Virus record (IMG/VR): IMGVR_UViG_3300032069_000864
Location: 1-51,778 of that record
Reading direction: 5' to 3' (one strand)
Source: a virus
Taxonomy: Duplodnaviria; Caudoviricetes
Length of the DNA: 51,778 nt
Made by a program: the position numbers and the translations under genes. Numbering within the stretch: position 1 is the stretch's first letter; each line of letters starts with the position of its first letter. The notes beneath the pieces are model-generated. The model made no database searches. It was not told where the DNA came from and saw only the letters and a list, made by a program, of their open reading frames with translations. Below, one piece after another: positions 1 through 9,742 of this stretch.

Positions 1-1344
1 CGAGATCTCGCCCTCAGGGTTCAACTTTATGCCCAGCGATCGGCGGCCGTGGAGACGCGCGGCGATCAGTGTCGTCCCGCTGCCGGCGAACGGATCGAGC
101 ACCAGGTCGGGATCCGTGGAGAACTCGGACTCATCGAACATCCCGTGGCCCGCCCGGGCCGGGAAGCTGAAGCCGCGCACCATGTTCTCGGCCAGCTCGA
201 GCGGATAGCAGGCGAAATGCGCCTGGCCCTCGGGCCACCGTGTCGTTCCTACCGGCACCTCCCACACGTTGCGCACCATCGGGCGCTTCGTGCGGTGGCC
301 ATCCTTCGTCCGGTGCAGTTCCCAGGGATTCCAGATCGGCGCGTGGTCGTCGTCCAGATCCTTGCTGAACCAGTAGATGTGCTCGACGCAGTTGGTCATC
401 GTCCCATCGGCCGTGGTGGGAGCGCCATTCGGCTTGACCCAGTAGATCGGCCGGACGAACGCAAAGCCGATGCTTCGCATCTGACTCGGGATGTCCCAGT
501 CGTAGGTGTGATGATGCCAGGTCGGGCACACGACACCGCCGAGGTTCAAGAGCAGAGGCCGTTGCCGCTTGAGCACGCGGTGCAATTGCTCAGCGATCGG
601 GCGGAACCAGGTCCACCAATTGTCCGGATGAATCTGGACCTGTAGGCCGGTCTCGCCGCGGAGATTGGGCCGGCCATGCGTGAAGCCGAGGACCGCGCGG
701 TCGCGCTGGCCGAGCGGGCCATTCGGATGGTCTGCGGCCTTGCGCAGGTTTTCCGGGTACTCCCGGGGGCCATTGATAGGATCGAAGTCCACCCCCATGG
801 CGCGCCACTCCTCGATCTCCTCGGGCGTCGCGTCCTCGGGCCACCAACAGCCATCCTCATGCTGCACCAGGTCAGGCTCGCTCAGTCCTTCCCTCGCCAG
901 CTTCTTCCGCGCGTGGGGCGCGCCGATCGTGGCCTTCAGCGCGGCCCGTCGCGCGCTGGCCTTCGGGGAGCGGCCGGCACCGATCTGGTCTCCCGCGTAC
1001 TGCTCCCGCTTGATCTCGCAGTTCTGGTCCTGGAACTCATCGGAGCGGTATCGGCCCTTGCCGGCCAACTTCTTTGCGGCCTGCCGGACGAAGGGGATGT
1101 TGCTCGCCTCGGCGATCACGGAACCATCGTCGCCGAGGAACCTGCGATAGCGGCCCAGGTCCTCGGGTTTGCGCTGCCCGCGCGGGTATGGCGGACTCGT
1201 GGCGATCAGGTCAATGGAGCCATCCGGCAACCGCGCCAGGAGTTCGAGACAGTCGCCCTCGACAACGATCGGGCGCGCCGCGTCGGCCGCGTTGATCACC
1301 GAGGCGAGGTAGGCCCGGGCGTCGGTTGTCGGGGGCGCCGTCAC
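1..1344 (-). CDS. Beta-class N4-cytosine/N6-adenine DNA methyltransferase, 3'-truncated by the window edge
   Basis: Not in the ORF track because there is no stop in the window. Manual translation from GTG 1344 (overlapping the upstream TAG) gives 448 open codons: GDCLELL..IDLIATSPPY (motif IV), LHRVLK, IYWVKPN, RNVWEV, HFACYP, VLDPFAGSGTTLIAA (motif I), SLGIKLNP. Confidence 0.92.
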   Translation of the reverse strand, partial: MTAPPTTDARAYLASVINAADAARPIVVEGDCLELLARLPDGSIDLIATSPPYPRGQRKPEDLGRYRRFLGDDGSVIAEASNIPFVRQAAKKLAGKGRYRSDEFQDQNCEIKREQYAGDQIGAGRSPKASARRAALKATIGAPHARKKLAREGLSEPDLVQHEDGCWWPEDATPEEIEEWRAMGVDFDPINGPREYPENLRKAADHPNGPLGQRDRAVLGFTHGRPNLRGETGLQVQIHPDNWWTWFRPIAEQLHRVLKRQRPLLLNLGGVVCPTWHHHTYDWDIPSQMRSIGFAFVRPIYWVKPNGAPTTADGTMTNCVEHIYWFSKDLDDDHAPIWNPWELHRTKDGHRTKRPMVRNVWEVPVGTTRWPEGQAHFACYPLELAENMVRGFSFPARAGHGMFDESEFSTDPDLVLDPFAGSGTTLIAARLHGRRSLGIKLNPEGEIS

Positions 1345-2081
1345 TACCGCATCTCCTCCGGTAGGAATGGCTTGAGACTGTCCTTCACCAGCACGGCGCG
1401 CCCGGTATCGCGCGCGGCCTTCACGATGATCGGCGCCCACAACCTCCAGTCCACCTCGATGGGCGATGCCATGTGGTTCAGCTTTCCGAGCCTGAACTCG
1501 TCAGTGAACGGCACACACTCGCGGATCACCTCGAGCGCCTGGTGTGGGTAGATGATGGGCTCGACGGAAACGAAGGTCGGAATGCCGAGCTGGTGGGCGC
1601 GGCGGAGACTGTACACGCGTTGCGCCAGGGGCGCGGCCCCGGGTTCCCAAGTCCGCCGACTCGTCTCCTGAGAGAAGACCAGCGTCACTCCGAAACGCGC
1701 TCGCATCTGCCCCAGCAGGTCGAAGTCGCGGTGGGCGCGCTCTCCGCCCTTCGTGAGTATCTGGACCGACACGTTCCAAGTGTGCAAGGTCCGCAACGCA
1801 TCCCGCGTCACGTCCAGTTCCAGGTCAATCTCCGGGTACGGATCGCAGGTGAAGCAGAGCAGCACAGAATCGGCGCAACCCGCGAAGAGGCGCGCGTCCT
1901 TCGCCAGGGCGGCCAGGATCCCAGGGCGCGGCTCCACCGCCGCATGGAAGTCCTCGGGCTTCACGTGGAGGCAGGCGGGGACGTAGCAGTAGCGGCAGCC
2001 GTGCGTGCAGCCGGTGTAGAGGTTGCAGGCCAGCGGGCTATACTCTCGAGCTGCAGCCTTGGGCGTGTAGATCGCCTTCAT
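1344..2081 (-). CDS. Radical SAM protein, spore photoproduct lyase-like
   Basis: NLYTGCTHGCRYCY (CxxxCxxC), followed by CDPYP, ILTKG and VSVEPI motifs typical of SplB-like radical SAM proteins. Confidence 0.88.
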   Translation of the reverse strand: MKAIYTPKAAAREYSPLACNLYTGCTHGCRYCYVPACLHVKPEDFHAAVEPRPGILAALAKDARLFAGCADSVLLCFTCDPYPEIDLELDVTRDALRTLHTWNVSVQILTKGGERAHRDFDLLGQMRARFGVTLVFSQETSRRTWEPGAAPLAQRVYSLRRAHQLGIPTFVSVEPIIYPHQALEVIRECVPFTDEFRLGKLNHMASPIEVDWRLWAPIIVKAARDTGRAVLVKDSLKPFLPEEMR

Positions 2082-2287
2082 CTCCGTTTCCTCCCCTGCT
2101 TCTTCTGGTGCGCCCAGGCCGGCCCGCGTAGGCCGTGCCTGGAATGGGCCTTGCCGGGCTTCCCCCGTCCGGACGATTGCGGGGCAGCGAAGTTCGTGGC
2201 GCGCACCCCGCGAGGAGGAGGCGCCGAGACCAGGGCGGCCAAGGCGGCGAGCAGAGACGTTCTCTCCAGGGCGGGTCTATCAGGCAT
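2078..2287 (-). CDS. Small basic hypothetical protein
   Basis: 69 aa ORF overlapping both neighbours in the operon. Confidence 0.5.
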   Translation of the reverse strand: MPDRPALERTSLLAALAALVSAPPPRGVRATNFAAPQSSGRGKPGKAHSRHGLRGPAWAHQKKQGRKRR

Positions 2288-2777
2288 GAGCAGCGCTCTC
2301 CATTCCGGCCCGGGCCGTGGCCCGATGGCCGCAGCGCGGGCAGAAGCTGGGGTCGCCCGCGCGACTCGCCATGCGGAAGGCCACGTCGCAGCGATTGGTC
2401 ATGCTAATCCGCTGGCGCGTCGCCCGAACCGCGATCTCGACGCCTCCCTGCTCCGGGACATACATGAGGCCAATGCCCTCGTCCCGCCGCTTGCGCCACT
2501 CCCGGAACTCGGATACCGTGATCAGTCCAGCCGGTACCGCGAGGTACAGCCAGTCACAGAAGCGCAGGTAGGAGCCGACCTTCGCGTCCCCGTTCCAGTC
2601 GGCCCGACTCACCTTCACTTCGGCCGCCAGAATCTCGCCCCAGTAGTTCATGCCGAGCACGTCTATGCGCAGGTTCTCCCGGACCCCGAACTCGACCGCG
2701 ACGCCACAGAGGCGCTTGGCCGCGAAGTGCCGGGCCACGGCCCAGGCCAGGGCCTTGCCGTCGGTCAGGTCGATCAT
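2280..2777 (-). CDS. MmcB-like PD-(D/E)xK nuclease
   Basis: RIDVLG..GEI.AAEVKVSRADW..D.K...Y..FCDWLYLAVP pattern. Confidence 0.8.
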   Translation of the reverse strand: MIDLTDGKALAWAVARHFAAKRLCGVAVEFGVRENLRIDVLGMNYWGEILAAEVKVSRADWNGDAKVGSYLRFCDWLYLAVPAGLITVSEFREWRKRRDEGIGLMYVPEQGGVEIAVRATRQRISMTNRCDVAFRMASRAGDPSFCPRCGHRATARAGMESAAHA

Positions 2778-3178
2778 CGGGGGCCCTCGAAGTCGGAGAA
2801 GTGCAGGTCCTCAAGGTCGCGCACTGCCTGGCGTAACACCTCTCCCGCGCGCCGTATGACGCTCCGGTACCGTCGCCCCGACCGCCAGAAGAGCCATCTG
2901 ATGATACGCGAAGATGGCGGCACCCGAAGCCCACTCCAATCCGTGATGGCCGAGAGTCGGGCTGCAACTAGGCGGACGTCCTCCTCTGTCTCCATCGTGT
3001 AGTCGAACCATGAAGGGGTCATGCTCAGCATGGATGGTTCATGGGTCAGCACGTAGTATGGGAGGGTCTCTCGCCGGTCGTCCGGGTCCGGATTGAAGTG
3101 TGCAAGCATGCCGGGCGCGGGAGACCATGCGTCTATCTCCCGAATCGATCCATCCTTCATCGGCAGATCGATCTTCAC
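2774..3178 (-). CDS. Hypothetical protein
   Basis: GTG 3178 overlaps the upstream stop (GTGA), and the stop overlaps the next ATG. Confidence 0.65.
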   Translation of the reverse strand: MKIDLPMKDGSIREIDAWSPAPGMLAHFNPDPDDRRETLPYYVLTHEPSMLSMTPSWFDYTMETEEDVRLVAARLSAITDWSGLRVPPSSRIIRWLFWRSGRRYRSVIRRAGEVLRQAVRDLEDLHFSDFEGPR

Positions 3179-4908
3179 CGCGCCCCTCCCAGCAGGCAGT
3201 CTGCGGCCCGCACACGCTGGCCGTCCTCTTCGATCAGGCGGGCGCGGCGCAGTTCGCCATGGTAGCTGCCGAACGTGCCGCTGCTCGGCTCGAGGCCCGC
3301 GGCCTCCCCCCACTCCTGGCGAGTCAACCAGCGACCCCGCGCCTCGACCAGGGCGTCGAGCATTCGTCGCACGCCCGCCCTCAGGATGGAGCGCCAGTGC
3401 GTGAGCAGGCCGTCCGCGGTAAGCGGCGCCGCATGGCCGCCGACCAGCGCGAGGCCGGTTTCGGTGGCGTAGAGTTCGCCCTCCCGCTCCTCCAGCAAAC
3501 CCTCTCGCCGCAACTCCCCGAGGTAGGTATCGGATGTGCCGCTCTTCCGAAGCTTCGCATAGGAACGGAGTTGCCCGGGCGTCATGCCTGCCGGGTAGAA
3601 CTGCGCGAGCGCCTCCAGCATCCGGCGCGCGCCAGCGCGGGGGCTATAACCCGACGTCGCCACCTCGCGGCTCCTGGCGGGCTTGGCGGGCGGAATCGGC
3701 TTCTGGGCAGGAGGAGGTGACGTCGGCCGTCTGCTCTCTCGTTCGGGCCCATCCGCAATGTGCTCGGCATATTGTTCCGAGACCTGGGTCGCGAGCGCGG
3801 CCGCGTCGTCAAGACCAGCGACCAACCCACGCACCGCGGCGCGCAGCACCGACACTTGCCGCGCCCACTCCTCCCGTTCCCGGCCGAATTCAGCCTCTCG
3901 CCCCTGCCAGTCGTCGCTGGTGATTCCGGTGCTCACAACCTGCGCCTCAGGTTTCGCGCGCTTCAACTCCGCGACCTCATGGCGCAGCCGCACGACCTCC
4001 GCCTCTTCCTCCTCCTTCTCGGCCGACAGGTGGTCGAGCTTGGCGAGCATGGCCTGGATATGCTCCGAGGGGCGGGGCGCCGGCGCCGCCAAGTTGCCCC
4101 GGCTCGCCGAAGGGTGGATTGTCTGCACTGGTCCGACCCGGCAGAGCGCCAGGGTCGTCGGCACGAAGGCCGCGCCCACGGTGTAGAAATGTCCGGCCTG
4201 CAGCTGCATCAGGCCGCGGTCAATGGAGGCCCGATCGAATCCCTGGGCCGCGCCGCGGGATACCGCCAGCACGTCGAGGGCCCGCTCCCGGTCCTGGTCG
4301 AGGAAGGTGCGGCCGACCATCACGTTGCCGCACTCGGCGGCCGCGTCTTTGTCGAGCTTGGCGAGTCGCTGCGTGGCCAGCACCGCGCAGAACCCGCGCT
4401 TGCGACCCCGGGCCAGCAGATCAACGACCGCGGCCGCCGACTCGGCCTGCTGCTTCTGTGGGCAGAAGGCGTGGGCCTCATCGAGCACCACGAGCGCGGG
4501 ATGCCAGAGCGCGCGCGGCGCGTCCATCAGGCCCTCGAGGAAGACTCGGACGAATCGCTTCCGCTCGTCACGCTGCAACTCGGACAGGTCGCAGATCACC
4601 GAGCACTGGAGTTCGAGAACGGAGCGGGCGAGCTGCTTGGCCTCCTGCCAGCGCGCGAGGCGATCCCCGCCCTTGCCGATCAGGACGTAGTCGAACCGCT
4701 CGCGCAGGGACGGGAATTCGCCCTCCGGGTCGAGCACGATGTGCTGTATCCGGCCATGGGTCTGTTCGAGCAACCGGCGCAGGGTCCAACTCTTCCCGCC
4801 GCCAGACATGGCTTGCACCAGGAGACGCGTTTCGATCAGGGCCGGCAGGTCAACGCGCAGGTGGCCATCCTCGCGCAACTCGCCCAGGATGATCGGTCGC
4901 TCAGGCAT
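3175..4908 (-). CDS. HerA/DUF87-like ATPase with coiled coil and two C-terminal winged-helix repeats
   Basis: Walker A AMSGGGKS, LDPEGEF, Walker B VVLDEAH, RGRKRG..VLATQR. Duplicated C-terminal unit GARRML..SGT..TYLGELRR / GVRRML..SGT..SYHGELRR. Confidence 0.85.
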   Translation of the reverse strand: MPERPIILGELREDGHLRVDLPALIETRLLVQAMSGGGKSWTLRRLLEQTHGRIQHIVLDPEGEFPSLRERFDYVLIGKGGDRLARWQEAKQLARSVLELQCSVICDLSELQRDERKRFVRVFLEGLMDAPRALWHPALVVLDEAHAFCPQKQQAESAAAVVDLLARGRKRGFCAVLATQRLAKLDKDAAAECGNVMVGRTFLDQDRERALDVLAVSRGAAQGFDRASIDRGLMQLQAGHFYTVGAAFVPTTLALCRVGPVQTIHPSASRGNLAAPAPRPSEHIQAMLAKLDHLSAEKEEEEAEVVRLRHEVAELKRAKPEAQVVSTGITSDDWQGREAEFGREREEWARQVSVLRAAVRGLVAGLDDAAALATQVSEQYAEHIADGPERESRRPTSPPPAQKPIPPAKPARSREVATSGYSPRAGARRMLEALAQFYPAGMTPGQLRSYAKLRKSGTSDTYLGELRREGLLEEREGELYATETGLALVGGHAAPLTADGLLTHWRSILRAGVRRMLDALVEARGRWLTRQEWGEAAGLEPSSGTFGSYHGELRRARLIEEDGQRVRAADCLLGGAR

Positions 4909-5746
4909 CGGTCCCTCCGTGAATCCGATAGTCCCGGCCCTGCAGAACCAGCACTTGGCAGCAACCGAAGATCCGACTGACGATCGGCGGACCGAGCTTC
5001 GCGGTCAACTCGGCTCGCCCGACATCGGTGGTCATTACCAGCGGCCGGCCCGCGGCCTCCCGTCGGTTCAGGATCCGGATCACCTCTTCGCGCACCCAAT
5101 CCCCGCGCTCGCCGGTCGGGATAGCCGCGCGCGCCAGGTCGTCCAGCACCAGCAGGTCAACCTGCGCCATCAGGTCGCGCAGCTCGCCGGGGTCTTGACC
5201 CAGGCCGGCGAAAGAGGCCCGCAATGCCGCGAGGAAATCGCTCAGTTCCACGAACAGGCCGGTCACCGCGGTGTCGCGCATCGCCTCGTTCAGGACGGCC
5301 AGCGCGAGGTGCGTCTTGCCCAGCCCGTTGTTTCCGGACAGGAGCAGGCCGCGCTTCGGGCGATCGGCCCCCCGCATCGCGCCGGCGAACTGGTAGGATT
5401 CCCAGGCCGCGGCCTTCGTGCCGTCGAAGGTCTGGTAGGTTTCGAAGGTCCGGGTGCGAAGCTCTGGCGTCAAGCGCGCCCGCTCGGCCCGCTCGCGCAG
5501 ACGCGCCCGGCGAAATGTGTCTCGCCGTTCCTGCTCCTCCTGCCGCCGCACCGCGGCCATGCAGTTCGGGCAGAGCCGGCTCTGATGCCACTGCCATTGC
5601 CGGGCCGTCAGGTTGCCCATCCAGATCGCCACGATCGGGGCGCCGCAGCCCTCGCAGGGCCGGTCCGGCGGCCGGGGCGGCGCGTCGGCTGGGGCCGTGG
5701 TCAGGTCCCGGATGGTCAGGGGGTTGCGCGGGGTCCGCTCCGTCAC
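4901..5746 (-). CDS. dnaC: DnaC/IstB-like AAA+ helicase loader
   Basis: N-terminal CxxC..CxxC, TFETY, GNNGLGKTHLA, LLVLDDL, IVSRI, GRDYR. Lies directly after the Rep gene. Confidence 0.9.
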   Translation of the reverse strand: MTERTPRNPLTIRDLTTAPADAPPRPPDRPCEGCGAPIVAIWMGNLTARQWQWHQSRLCPNCMAAVRRQEEQERRDTFRRARLRERAERARLTPELRTRTFETYQTFDGTKAAAWESYQFAGAMRGADRPKRGLLLSGNNGLGKTHLALAVLNEAMRDTAVTGLFVELSDFLAALRASFAGLGQDPGELRDLMAQVDLLVLDDLARAAIPTGERGDWVREEVIRILNRREAAGRPLVMTTDVGRAELTAKLGPPIVSRIFGCCQVLVLQGRDYRIHGGTDA

Positions 5747-6687
5747 GGCTTCCCCCAGCTGTCGGCAAGGGCCCTGCCCCGTTCCTCGTCGGTCGGCGGC
5801 CGCCCCTGACCCGGCTTCGCGCCGTGCGCGTGGCCCGCGTCCAGGCCCTGTGCGATGCCCTGGAAGTTGCTCAGGAGGTCGGGGAGTTTGTGCCCACGCC
5901 GGACCAGATAGGCGTCCTCAGAGCGCACACCGTGGCGCAGGACGGCCACTAGGCGGGCGAATGGGCGGCCCTCCCCCAGGGCGCGCTTGAGGCCCGCGAA
6001 CTCGGCCCCGCCGAGCGTGGGGCAATCCTGGTGGGCCAGACGGTAGGCGTCGTGGTAGACCTGGGCCAGACGCTGGATTTCCGGCTTGCCCGGGTCGTTG
6101 GGATCCGTGGGATTCGTGCACCAGGAGCAAGCACAAGGAGCGCGCGGATTTCGCGAATCCTTACCCTCCTCCTCTACCTCACCCTCCTCCTCTACCTCCT
6201 CCTCTACCTCAGGACGAAACTCACCCCCCGCAAACGAGGTGAATTTCGCGAGAAACTTACGAAATAGCCGCCTCGTGAGGCGGCTTAGTTTCGTAAAAAT
6301 GCCCTCTGGCGGGAACGGGCAATCGGCGTTCGAAGGGTTGTGAACGCGCTGGTAATCCTGGTGCTTTGGGAGGGAATAGTATCGTTGGCCCTCGTGCTCC
6401 CAGACCAGGAGACTCGGGTCGGAGCCTTTCGTGAACCGGTCTAGGATGTCACCTACTTCCGCGATGGTGATCACCTTGGCATTGAGTTCCTCCTCCATAA
6501 ACCGGGTGGCAATCTGCGCGGCCGAGAATGAGGCCTGGCCGAAATCGTCCACTCCCGCGAGTACGGACAGCCACGTCAGCTTGACCGGAAAACCAACCTG
6601 CTTCCCCTTGAGACTCTTGAGCGGGTGCGTCTTTCCCTTGAGGAAGGCTTCTACTTTCTTCCAGTCTATGACCCGCCGTCTTGCCAT
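5743..6687 (-). CDS. Phage replication initiator protein
   Basis: Likely start ATG 6687 (MARRRVID). Has LAGVDDFG, Y..LPKHQDYQR and an acidic EVEEEVEEEGEVEEEG linker. Position upstream of DnaC. Confidence 0.75.
   Translation of the reverse strand: MARRRVIDWKKVEAFLKGKTHPLKSLKGKQVGFPVKLTWLSVLAGVDDFGQASFSAAQIATRFMEEELNAKVITIAEVGDILDRFTKGSDPSLLVWEHEGQRYYSLPKHQDYQRVHNPSNADCPFPPEGIFTKLSRLTRRLFRKFLAKFTSFAGGEFRPEVEEEVEEEGEVEEEGKDSRNPRAPCACSWCTNPTDPNDPGKPEIQRLAQVYHDAYRLAHQDCPTLGGAEFAGLKRALGEGRPFARLVAVLRHGVRSEDAYLVRRGHKLPDLLSNFQGIAQGLDAGHAHGAKPGQGRPPTDEERGRALADSWGKP
6145..6300. other. Putative replication origin inside rep gene
   Basis: Locally AT-richer segment with repeated TTTCG(C/T)RA words (about 6149, 6244, inverted about 6257, 6289) and TCTACCTC repeats. 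Lambdoid origins sit in the middle of the initiator gene. Confidence 0.4.
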
Positions 6688-6698
6688 ATCCCTCGCCT

Positions 6699-8633
6699 CT
6701 ACCAGAGCTGTGCGCGATACTTTCCGACCAGTTGCCGTCCAAGCACTGCCTGCTTCGGGGTCAGCGTCTCCAGCGCGGCCAGCCGATGCCCGAGTGCCGC
6801 GTCGAACTTGTTGAACCCGGATCCGTCGCGCTCCCGGGCCCCATCGCACATGCCAGCCAGGGCCCGCAACCGCGCGTGGATATCGGCCACCTCGGCCTCG
6901 CTGAGTGAGGTGGCCTCCTCCTCGACCTGCGCCCGCGACACCTCGCCCGTGGCCGCCCGGGCCGTTGCCAGCACCCCCCATGCCGGGTCCACTGTGCGCC
7001 CCTCGATCGGCACGTCCAATGCCTGCTCGATCACCTCTTGCTTCTCGACCAGGCGGCGCGCCATGTCCGCATCCAGCGAGCCCTCCAACACCAAGTGCTG
7101 GACCAGCACGCTCTCGCTCTGCCCGATCCGGTGGCAGCGGTCCTCGGCCTGCGACATGTTGCCTGGTACCCAGTCCAACTCAGCGAAGATCACGTGGGAG
7201 CTGGCCGTCAGGGTGATGCCGACCCCGGCCGCGCCGATGCTTCCCAGGAACACCTTCGTATCCGGGTCGGCCTGGAAGCGATCTACGGCGGCCTGACGCA
7301 AGGCCATGTCGTGCACCTCGCCGGTCAGGACCGCGTAGCCGATCCCGGCCGCCTTCAAGCCGTCCCGGATCGTATGGATGACGTCGTGATGGTGGCCGAA
7401 AAGCACGACCTTCCCCGAGGCCTCCACGGCCTCCACCAGGTGCTCGACCACGTAAGGCACCTTCGCCATGGCCGTGTCGTGGCGCAGCCGACTCATCTCA
7501 GAGAAGGCCACCTGCATGCCGTCCTGCAGCGCGTGCACCGCGGCCCGATACTCCTGCTCCGAATCGGAGGCCTTGGCGAATTCGGCCGCCTGCTGGAGTT
7601 CCTCGAGCCTCGACAACCGGGAGGCCCAGGCCCGAGCCTCCGCCTCCACCGCGCCCTCCGCGCCGTTCGCCGGCAACTCGATGATCTGCCGGCGCTTGGC
7701 CGGCAACTCTGTGAGCACGTCCTTCTTGAGCCGCCGCACCATCAGCGTGGAACGCAATTTCCCTTGCAGCTCGTCCAGATGGGAGGCTCCACTCATGTCC
7801 CAACCCGACCGTGTCTGGTGACCAGCGCAGTACCGGGTCACGTATTCCAGCCAGTTGGTCCAGCCGACCGAATGGAGGATGGGCCATAGCTCGATCGGCC
7901 GATTGCAGATCGGCATTCCGGTGAGGTAAAGCTTCCGGCGCGCCGGGATGGCCTCGAGCCGTTCCCGATCGCCGCGCTTCGGCCGACCAAAGACCTGCTC
8001 GGTGCGCTGGGCCTTGGGGTTCTTGAGGTAGTGGCACTCATCTACGATCATCAGGTCCCACTGCCTCAGACGCAGGGCCTGGCGGTGCTTGCCCAGGCGA
8101 TCATAGTTGCAGATCACCACGTCCGTCTGGGGGAAACCCTCCAGGGCGATCCCGATGCTGAGAGGCCGCGTCAACCACCGCCTCGCCTCCCGCCTCCAGT
8201 TCAAGCGCAGACTGGCCGGGCAGATCACGAGCACGTTGCGGATGCTGGGATCCGCGTTGACGACCCCCAATGCTTGGATCGTCTTGCCGAGGCCCATCTT
8301 GTCCGCGATCAAGGTACAGGGGCGACTCATGGAGTACCCGATGCCTACGCGCTGGAATGGCAGATAGTGCAGCCCGGCTGGCGCCGGGATCTCCAGGTGC
8401 GCGTCGGTGGCCCTCGAGGCCTCGAGGCTCTCGGAGTCCGCCCGGACCTGCGGCTCGATCATGGCCCGGGCCGACTCGTCGCAGTACTCGGCCAGCTTCC
8501 GGGCGACCCGCCAGTCCGCGGTCTCCCACCGCTTCGCCGCGGCATTCCACCGGAACCCCATGCCTTTCGGCCGCTCCTTCTCCGTGAAGGAGCAGACCGC
8601 TATGAACTTGTCCTTCTCATATCTGACGACCAT
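6699..8633 (-). CDS. SNF2-family helicase/translocase (annealing helicase-like)
   Basis: ADKMGLGKT, ICPASL, DECH, QAEDRCHRIGQ. Confidence 0.93.
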   Translation of the reverse strand: MVVRYEKDKFIAVCSFTEKERPKGMGFRWNAAAKRWETADWRVARKLAEYCDESARAMIEPQVRADSESLEASRATDAHLEIPAPAGLHYLPFQRVGIGYSMSRPCTLIADKMGLGKTIQALGVVNADPSIRNVLVICPASLRLNWRREARRWLTRPLSIGIALEGFPQTDVVICNYDRLGKHRQALRLRQWDLMIVDECHYLKNPKAQRTEQVFGRPKRGDRERLEAIPARRKLYLTGMPICNRPIELWPILHSVGWTNWLEYVTRYCAGHQTRSGWDMSGASHLDELQGKLRSTLMVRRLKKDVLTELPAKRRQIIELPANGAEGAVEAEARAWASRLSRLEELQQAAEFAKASDSEQEYRAAVHALQDGMQVAFSEMSRLRHDTAMAKVPYVVEHLVEAVEASGKVVLFGHHHDVIHTIRDGLKAAGIGYAVLTGEVHDMALRQAAVDRFQADPDTKVFLGSIGAAGVGITLTASSHVIFAELDWVPGNMSQAEDRCHRIGQSESVLVQHLVLEGSLDADMARRLVEKQEVIEQALDVPIEGRTVDPAWGVLATARAATGEVSRAQVEEEATSLSEAEVADIHARLRALAGMCDGARERDGSGFNKFDAALGHRLAALETLTPKQAVLGRQLVGKYRAQLW

Positions 8634-8809
8634 CGCCCTCGCCCTGGTGCGACTAACCTATAGCCCCTGGTCCCAAACCCCACGCCCACCGTGCTCCCGC
8701 ATCCCCCGCGTACTATTCAGCGCCAGAGTGGCGGGCCAACCGGCGGGCTATACTCCCCACTGTACCAACGCCGCCGACCTCCGGCCGACCCGCCGCCTCC
8801 GCTCCGCCC

Positions 8810-9742
8810 TTAGGCGGCTTCCTTCTGCTCTTCGACCTCGGACTCGGCCTGCGTCCCTTCGGCGGCCTCGCCCGCTCCCTGCATCTCAGGCTGGTCCGCG
8901 GCCTGTTCCGGCGCCTGCTCGGCACCCTCGGCCGGGGCCTGCTTCCCTTCCTCGCCCTGCTGACAGCTCACGCGATCACCTCCTTCCGGTGGGGGATTGA
9001 ATATGTCCAACTGATCGGGCCGTGCAGAACGGCCGCTCGGGGCCGCCAGCGCGTGATAGACAATGGCCACTACCTGCTTCTTGGCGCTCGGCCGCAGGTA
9101 GCGGAACTCCGGGGTCAGATCATCGCCGGTGATTTCGAAGGTCGCGGTCAGCACGTCCCCTTCGTCCTCGCCCTTGCCGACGAGTCGTGGCTCCTTCATC
9201 AGCCCGCAGAGTCGCACGATCTCCGAACTGGTCGGTATGGGTGCGCCGGTGAACATCGCCTCCCGCGTCTCCTGGAGCATGCGCACCACGGCCTCGGCCC
9301 CACCGCTCGGACACTGCAGCAGCTCGCAACGGGTCCCGTCCTGCGAGGCATGCGGGCAACGGCCCATCTCATCCGGATTCATGTCCATCCGGAACCGTAC
9401 CAGCTCCTCGGCCCGCCGCTTCACCTGGGCGGCCAAGCCGCGCAGCACTTCCCAGGGGAACGCGCTGGTCTGGGCGATGGCCTCTTCGTCCGCCGCACCG
9501 CCGATCGAACCGTACCACTCGCCGGACGGCAGCCGCCCGAATGTGACCTGCAACTGGTCGCCCGGGCCGACCTCGGTCGCGTTCGTCTCCGGCCGCTGTC
9601 CCCGGTGGCCGTGCGCGCACTCCCCGTCCCACATCCTCGGGTCGGAGCAGTACCCGCCCCGCCGGCAGACCAGGTTGCCCTGATCGACCATCGCGTCGCA
9701 GGGCTTCTCCTCCTTCGCCTTCGTCCGCCTCGCCTTCGGCAT
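8810..9742 (-). CDS. Hypothetical protein, Cys-containing, acidic tail
   Basis: 310 aa ORF abutting the upstream stop. Confidence 0.7.
   Translation of the reverse strand: MPKARRTKAKEEKPCDAMVDQGNLVCRRGGYCSDPRMWDGECAHGHRGQRPETNATEVGPGDQLQVTFGRLPSGEWYGSIGGAADEEAIAQTSAFPWEVLRGLAAQVKRRAEELVRFRMDMNPDEMGRCPHASQDGTRCELLQCPSGGAEAVVRMLQETREAMFTGAPIPTSSEIVRLCGLMKEPRLVGKGEDEGDVLTATFEITGDDLTPEFRYLRPSAKKQVVAIVYHALAAPSGRSARPDQLDIFNPPPEGGDRVSCQQGEEGKQAPAEGAEQAPEQAADQPEMQGAGEAAEGTQAESEVEEQKEAA

Noticed and set aside
1-10. Terminal palindrome CGAGATCTCG as an att or end site
   Set aside because: Too short, lies in the MTase frame, and has no matching copy at the other end.
619-1185. Intein in the methyltransferase
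   Set aside because: No Cys/Ser start with His-Asn end and no LAGLIDADG motifs visible.
6163-6210. Tandem CCTCCTCTA repeats as CRISPR or microsatellite
   Set aside because: They encode the EVEEE linker of Rep and have no spacers. No CRISPR array was seen anywhere in the window.
8640-8809. Intergenic TATACT (8749-8754) as an antisense promoter/sRNA
   Set aside because: No -35 or TG extension and no convincing downstream structure.
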